A stretch of DNA of 31,433 bases from a virus (taxonomy: Duplodnaviria; Caudoviricetes). The translations under genes were made by a program, and so were the position numbers. Shown here one piece after another: positions 27,601 to 31,433 of this stretch; position 1 is the stretch's first letter, and each line of letters begins with the position of its first letter. The stretch is from positions 1 through 31,433 of the IMG/VR virus record IMGVR_UViG_3300010234_000045. One strand, 5' to 3'. Below the pieces are notes generated by a model, which saw only the letters and a program-made list of their open reading frames with translations, searched no databases and was not told where the DNA came from.

Positions 27601-28818
27601 AAAGAAATGATTTCTGCGGCTAGAGAATTTATTCCAGGTTTTTCAGAAACCTCTACTTTGTTTTTAACTAGAAACAAAGATGGTAGTTTTAATTACATAG
27701 ATGGAACCGGAGCTTTAGTTTATGATACTGTAGTCAATCCCTTTCAATCGGTTATTGCTGGGGTAAATTCAGAAGATGCGTTTAATCCGGATGCTCCCTT
27801 AACCGTAGGAGTTCTAAAAGGTTTTGCTAAAGGTTTGGGAAGATTTATTCGGCCTTATGTAGATGAATCTATTTGGTTCAACGTTATGAATAATTTAATT
27901 ATTAGAAATGGTCGAACTGCAGATGGAAGACAGCTATGGAATGATAGGGCTCCTTGGGGTGAAAAAATAGCTAAGGCTGCTAAGTATGCATTTATAGAAG
28001 TGGCTCCTTTATCGTATAAACAAACAGATCGATTAGTAAGAGCCATGGCAGAAATTCCAGGAAAACGTGGAGAAAAATATGACGTAGATAAAGAATTAGC
28101 AGGATTAATAGGATTAAGAGCTATTCCTTTAAATCCGATTAAAAGTCTTAACTATAAAATTAATGACTTTAAAGAAGGTATTAGAAAAACAAGAAGTCTA
28201 TTTACGTCAGATGTATTAAAAGGTGGTGCTATTGATGAAGATACTATTATTTCAAGATATTATGTAGCGAATCAACAACGTTTTAAAGAGTTTCAAACAT
28301 TAAAAAGAAAAATACAAGCTGCAGAAATATTAGAAGCAGATAGAAAAGATTTGTTTGGTTTGTTTAAAGAACGTCAGGAAAGTAAAAACTACAACGCTAT
28401 TCGTAGAGATAAATTTATTCCTTTTGATGTAACTAAAACAGCTAGAGAAAAATTTCAAGAACAAGAAGAAGCATTAAGAGAAGAGTTTAATGATCTAGAA
28501 ATTCCAGCTGGATTAAGTAGAGATACATTTAGAACCATTCAAGAAATGAGAAGAGATATGTTTAAGCTTGATTTAAATGACGATTTTAATATAGAGATGC
28601 CTTTAACCGATTACTTAAGCCAGGCCCCAGGAGCTAGCAGCGAGCAGCAAGTGACTATGGTTCCACCATTAGCTCCACAACCTCAACCAAATGCTCAAAT
28701 AGTAACGCCGCCTGCGCCTCCAATGGCAGCGTTAAATCAAGGATTGACACCAACGGAAAGTGCTTTATTAAGTCCTGATGAACAACAAATGCGTTTAAGA
28801 CAAAGAGGATTAAGTTAA
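24673..28818 (+). CDS. Large internal virion/ejection protein (T7 gp16-like position)
   Basis: 1381 aa, helical, AAGGAGG SD, last of the ejection-like cluster; Pro/Gln-rich C-terminal linker. Confidence 0.65.
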   Translation: MAEEFNNIEDYIESDYQLIPEESEKEPKKIIQVPERTGEPTPVSDILFGPKNVELAGDTFLKAGKTARRIAERVQGVPEDKLTPLGDVDPINGFVAGIVDLSIKVPYGVVSLTAEIADALEDEGVPVDQGKVAALEKYFSDTVFGKIVQGSEDVIKDSAVGKLTSALGQLYAFGRVGASYGVKAAVKAKQIYGKWSKAAKLNKVARANPGAVKASISAKNFNKLSGKQNFAAVTLGGATGTALVADLEGIGTWGDVLGGPSALDRDKKFTTQDEALRRLYNRFKFGAEGAVVSVPIAYGINRVAKRISEAGKDLKYSDDQLDRLIDKYIAQPFRPRGPKSQALFEGVKKVEGQIAAGQITARDLIKDIDKSLYNIAKESGMSNRNPAWKRLIGRLDELLTSTDDVIQGGNVVFKGFNGKQLNQFYGFLDEIGLTKKQGNVLVQEMMKVRNQMNVFKNTVLQGKNINASSSEFSKIMNDRMRNIFNSEYRITEGKSILPMLNYKPAESAINEVKAVFNRYAKQNKVNLSPQDLDDIIDDVYNNITFNPLTKTPEFPLTILSVLDDKATQLINIADNVKGGAFKPTTLIQSEKDLRAFQRFFGQKRDIRNTIINTMSDLSTLAAKDNFYNGVLQQSKELIKRGERAAVYPTRVEAIKNLRNQPVIANPQGMQIKSPLGESVYTNPLNGQFTTRELQDAFNFSEKLLFDDIAKTTIYKNLFLIPKGLTQISKTMLGPFTHARNFTTSAQFALGTGNLFKNPVTMVKNFRQAFNTIQPQILYRNAPKDQALYKFLLEEQVVSSSASARDIAGLLDDIGSGGDVYMKFFGRFGKAMKKIYEKAADVYVAEDDQWKIFNFLGEFDTYKNAYAKALKQGKIKKMPDDLSIMREAANIVRNTVPNYAYVGQFGQASRRLPTGNFVSFPIEVTRTAANIAELGLKEAQNPILQTVGLNRLVGFGAATATAPVVATAMVAGMYGITKEMISAAREFIPGFSETSTLFLTRNKDGSFNYIDGTGALVYDTVVNPFQSVIAGVNSEDAFNPDAPLTVGVLKGFAKGLGRFIRPYVDESIWFNVMNNLIIRNGRTADGRQLWNDRAPWGEKIAKAAKYAFIEVAPLSYKQTDRLVRAMAEIPGKRGEKYDVDKELAGLIGLRAIPLNPIKSLNYKINDFKEGIRKTRSLFTSDVLKGGAIDEDTIISRYYVANQQRFKEFQTLKRKIQAAEILEADRKDLFGLFKERQESKNYNAIRRDKFIPFDVTKTAREKFQEQEEALREEFNDLEIPAGLSRDTFRTIQEMRRDMFKLDLNDDFNIEMPLTDYLSQAPGASSEQQVTMVPPLAPQPQPNAQIVTPPAPPMAALNQGLTPTESALLSPDEQQMRLRQRGLS

Positions 28819-29456
28819 TGGCTGATATTTACCAAGCATATCAAGAATATTTAAATAACATAGGGGAGTATGTACCTTCGGCAAGTGATGTTTATAGTGG
28901 TATTGCTGGATTAACTTCTAGAGTTCCACAAGTTGCGAGAGATGTTCTTCTTCCTTCTGATAACGGAGATGGTGGAACAGGTGGAGGCGGAGGTAGAGGC
29001 GGCACAGGTGGTATTGGAGATTTATTGGATCGATATAATAAGTTAGGTTATATAGGAAGAGTAGCTGTTAATACGGGAATAGGTTTAGCTTTTCCACAAG
29101 CAGCAGGTTTGTTAGGAATGTATAATGTAGGTAAAGGTATTTATGATGCTGGTAGAGGTCTTCTTGGCTATAATGATCCTAGGGATCTTTATGGAGGATT
29201 AATTGATTTTAATGAACTACCTGATTATGATTTTGGACGATCTGGTGACGAGGTAGGATTTGGTGGAAACCAAGTAAGCGTTAAAGATGCAATAGATACG
29301 GGATTTGGAAATGTAAGAGGACCAGATGAGGATGTTAGTTTAAAAGAAAAAATGGAATATGAGGGTACAGATGGAGGTAACGAAACTGGTAGTGGATATG
29401 ATTCTAATGATGACACAGATTCAGGTTCAGGAACCCACGATGACCCAGGAGATTAA
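28818..29456 (+). CDS. Hypothetical Gly-rich protein with acidic disordered tail
   Basis: 212 aa, TAATG-coupled. Confidence 0.7.
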   Translation: MADIYQAYQEYLNNIGEYVPSASDVYSGIAGLTSRVPQVARDVLLPSDNGDGGTGGGGGRGGTGGIGDLLDRYNKLGYIGRVAVNTGIGLAFPQAAGLLGMYNVGKGIYDAGRGLLGYNDPRDLYGGLIDFNELPDYDFGRSGDEVGFGGNQVSVKDAIDTGFGNVRGPDEDVSLKEKMEYEGTDGGNETGSGYDSNDDTDSGSGTHDDPGD

Positions 29457-29458
29457 TT

Positions 29459-29674
29459 ATGGCTAACGGTAAAAAACCACGTACAACTGGAGAACCTATC
29501 GTACCTTCATCTGGTCATGTGACTGGTGTGAAAAAAGATGTAGACAATATTCGTTGTACCCAAAAACATATTCATGAGGACATAGATAAAATTCACGGCA
29601 AGGTAGATAAATTATTATACATTTTAATCGGTGCATTAGTTAGTGGAGTTATTGCATTCGTACAAATTAATTAA
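29459..29674 (+). CDS. Small membrane protein (coiled coil plus C-terminal TM; XhlA/holin-like architecture)
   Basis: 71 aa with hydrophobic LLYILIGALVSGVIAFVQI; GGAG upstream. Confidence 0.6.
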   Translation: MANGKKPRTTGEPIVPSSGHVTGVKKDVDNIRCTQKHIHEDIDKIHGKVDKLLYILIGALVSGVIAFVQIN

Positions 29675-29676
29675 TC

Positions 29677-30261
29677 ATGACAGAAGTGTTGGTACATAAA
29701 CATTTAATTGTTCGTGCCGAAGCAGTTAGTCCTCCTATGGATGAAACTTTTTTAAAAGAATGGTTGCAAGACTTCATTAAATGTATTAACATGAAGGTCT
29801 TGATGGGTCCTTATGTGATCTACCATAACGTTCCAGGTAATAGAGGTATTACCGGCGCAGCTATTATAGAAACATCACACATCGTGATGCATGTCTGGGA
29901 TGAACCTTCTCCAGCTTTAATGCAATTTGACGTATACTCTTGTGGGGTATTTGATCCAGAAGAAATATGCAACAAAATTAAAAAAGATTTTGACATCGTT
30001 AAGATTGAATATAAATATTTAGATAGGGAGGCAGAACTAAGAGATATTGCCGGAGGTAAAAGTATTACCAAACCACATCTGAAAGATTTTATAGCTAAGG
30101 AAAACGAAGATAAATTAAAAAAATTGACAGAAGAAACTCTTTTTAAAAGCAGAAAAGAGGTAGATATTAACGGGAATGGGACTACCGGTTATGTTATTAA
30201 AGAAGGGCCCCAAAAAGGGAAAGTTTTAAAACACATACAAATACCCACTAAAAATATTTAA
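29677..30261 (+). CDS. speD: S-adenosylmethionine decarboxylase proenzyme-like, with C-terminal extension
   Basis: HLIV...GITGAAIIETSHIVMHVWDE...QFDVYSCG matches the pyruvoyl AdoMetDC signature (SH.x.H.W; D.(Y/F).CG). Confidence 0.85.
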   Translation: MTEVLVHKHLIVRAEAVSPPMDETFLKEWLQDFIKCINMKVLMGPYVIYHNVPGNRGITGAAIIETSHIVMHVWDEPSPALMQFDVYSCGVFDPEEICNKIKKDFDIVKIEYKYLDREAELRDIAGGKSITKPHLKDFIAKENEDKLKKLTEETLFKSRKEVDINGNGTTGYVIKEGPQKGKVLKHIQIPTKNI

Positions 30262-30273
30262 TAAGGGGGTCGC

Positions 30274-30573
30274 ATGAATATTGCGGAGTTATTTAAGAAA
30301 AATTTTATATTAGTACCAGTCATTGCCTCTGTTTTGGTAGGAACATTTACTGGTGTTAAATACGTAGTTAATTTAACCGATACTATTAATGCATCGGAAC
30401 AACAAATTGTAAATATTAAAAGAGATTTGAGTGTTTCTAAAGATCAGATTAATGATTTAAAAACAAGATTGTCTGCAGCAGAAGCAACGTGGACGATGGC
30501 CGAGAACTTATACGAAGTGCTCGCCGACAAGGTACGAGAACATGACTACGATATTAAAGATCTTAACCGTTAG
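30274..30573 (+). CDS. Membrane-anchored coiled-coil protein
   Basis: N-terminal hydrophobic segment followed by a heptad-like region; AAGGGGG SD. Confidence 0.7.
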   Translation: MNIAELFKKNFILVPVIASVLVGTFTGVKYVVNLTDTINASEQQIVNIKRDLSVSKDQINDLKTRLSAAEATWTMAENLYEVLADKVREHDYDIKDLNR

Positions 30574-31012
30574 TTTTTTGTTAATTAGTTTCAAAGCAGA
30601 AGCTAGAAATGATTATCTTAATGATGGTGCTTCTAGATGTGGAGAAGTAGACCTTACTATTACAGGTAGACAAGATGATTATAATCAAAACGATAGCAGC
30701 TTTAATGATAACAACAGAAACTCAGAAGAATTGAGATTAACTTTTAGAAAATATTTAGGCACTGATTGCAAAACTTCAAAACAAAATGCCAAGCTTAAAC
30801 AGCAATTAGAGCTATACAAAAAGTGTGGTTCGGTTAATAAAAATTTAGCTCTAGCATCTAATAAAAACTTTTCTGAGTTAGTGCAATACTGCAAAGGCAT
30901 TGGTGAGGGAGAGAAAACTAGACCCACTGGTTCTTTGTGGGATGAATTAAAAGAAACCTATAAAAAAGAAAACCCTGACATAGTATTATATGGACCAAAG
31001 GAGAAAAAATAA
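30542..31012 (+). CDS. Putative exported protein (signal peptide, 4 Cys)
   Basis: KILTVSFLLISFKAEA resembles a signal peptide with an AxA cleavage site. Confidence 0.65.
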   Translation: MTTILKILTVSFLLISFKAEARNDYLNDGASRCGEVDLTITGRQDDYNQNDSSFNDNNRNSEELRLTFRKYLGTDCKTSKQNAKLKQQLELYKKCGSVNKNLALASNKNFSELVQYCKGIGEGEKTRPTGSLWDELKETYKKENPDIVLYGPKEKK

Positions 31013-31383
31013 TGAAAATAAGTGAGAACACAAATATAGGATTACCATTAAGAAATTTAATTGGTTTATTAATTGCGATAGTAACAGGTGCTTGGTTTGC
31101 TTTTGGAGTTATTGAACGACTAAACAAGTTAGAAACTAAAAATCAACTATTTGAAAAAGATTTACTAGAAGCTAGTGTTCAAAAACCTATAGACCAAGAA
31201 CAATTTATGCTCATAGAATATATGTCTAAACAATTAGAAAAACATCAAAAGTTATTGGACCAAAATATTCATACGGGAGTGATGTTAAAAACATTTGAAA
31301 AAGAAATAACTAAACTTAAAAAAGATGTGGAAAGATTAAAAGATTCAACAAGAGATATTAACTTCTCTAATGGGAAACACTAA
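31012..31383 (+). CDS. Membrane-anchored coiled-coil protein
   Basis: LIGLLIAIVTGAWFAFGVI TM segment followed by a coiled coil; TAATG-coupled. Confidence 0.7.
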   Translation: MKISENTNIGLPLRNLIGLLIAIVTGAWFAFGVIERLNKLETKNQLFEKDLLEASVQKPIDQEQFMLIEYMSKQLEKHQKLLDQNIHTGVMLKTFEKEITKLKKDVERLKDSTRDINFSNGKH

Positions 31384-31433
31384 TGATTGAAACAGTTATT
31401 GCTTTATTTATGTCTATGGCGGGAGAATTAAAA
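31383..31433 (+). CDS. Partial hypothetical protein (MIETVIALFMSMAGELK...), 3'-truncated
   Basis: TAATG overlap; the frame is open to the window end. Confidence 0.6.
   Translation, partial: MIETVIALFMSMAGELK

Noticed and set aside
28744-28771. TTGACA near the end of the large internal protein gene as a promoter
   Set aside because: No good -10 at 17-nt spacing; explained by the GLTP codons, and the downstream gene is translationally coupled.
576-31127. Short antisense and alternate-frame ORFs in the track (e.g. 576-923, 3969-4250, 9915-10160, 18700-18939, 22079-22399, 29820-30071)
   Set aside because: They overlap well-supported genes, have no motifs, and are typical shadow ORFs.

Overview
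AT-rich tailed-phage DNA covering the morphogenesis region of a podovirus-like genome. From memory, not from a search, the proteins resemble those of uncultured aquatic/pelagiphage-type podoviruses. On the + strand the order is: scaffold-like protein (5'-truncated), capsid-associated genes and major capsid protein, head-tail adaptor and tail genes, three tandem tail-collar paralogues, a ~6.2 kb convergent accessory enzyme island (seven 2OG-Fe(II) oxygenases, an NAD-dependent epimerase, a DUF616-like glycosyltransferase and a radical SAM enzyme), a tail tubular/nozzle gene, two glycosyltransferases, four internal virion/ejection-like proteins, an AdoMet decarboxylase and several small membrane proteins. 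Four observations stand out. (1) A promoter-proximal leader (3418-3501) can fold into a double pseudoknot that covers the Shine-Dalgarno sequence. (2) An exact 27-bp direct repeat flanks the radical SAM gene, duplicates the start of the next gene and leaves a translationally coupled 9-codon mini-ORF. (3) Two divergent sigma70-type promoters overlap almost completely within 48 bp. (4) The oxygenase/glycosylation island sits beside the tail-fibre genes. No tRNA, CRISPR array, integrase or reverse transcriptase was seen. All product calls rest on motifs and synteny and are unverified.
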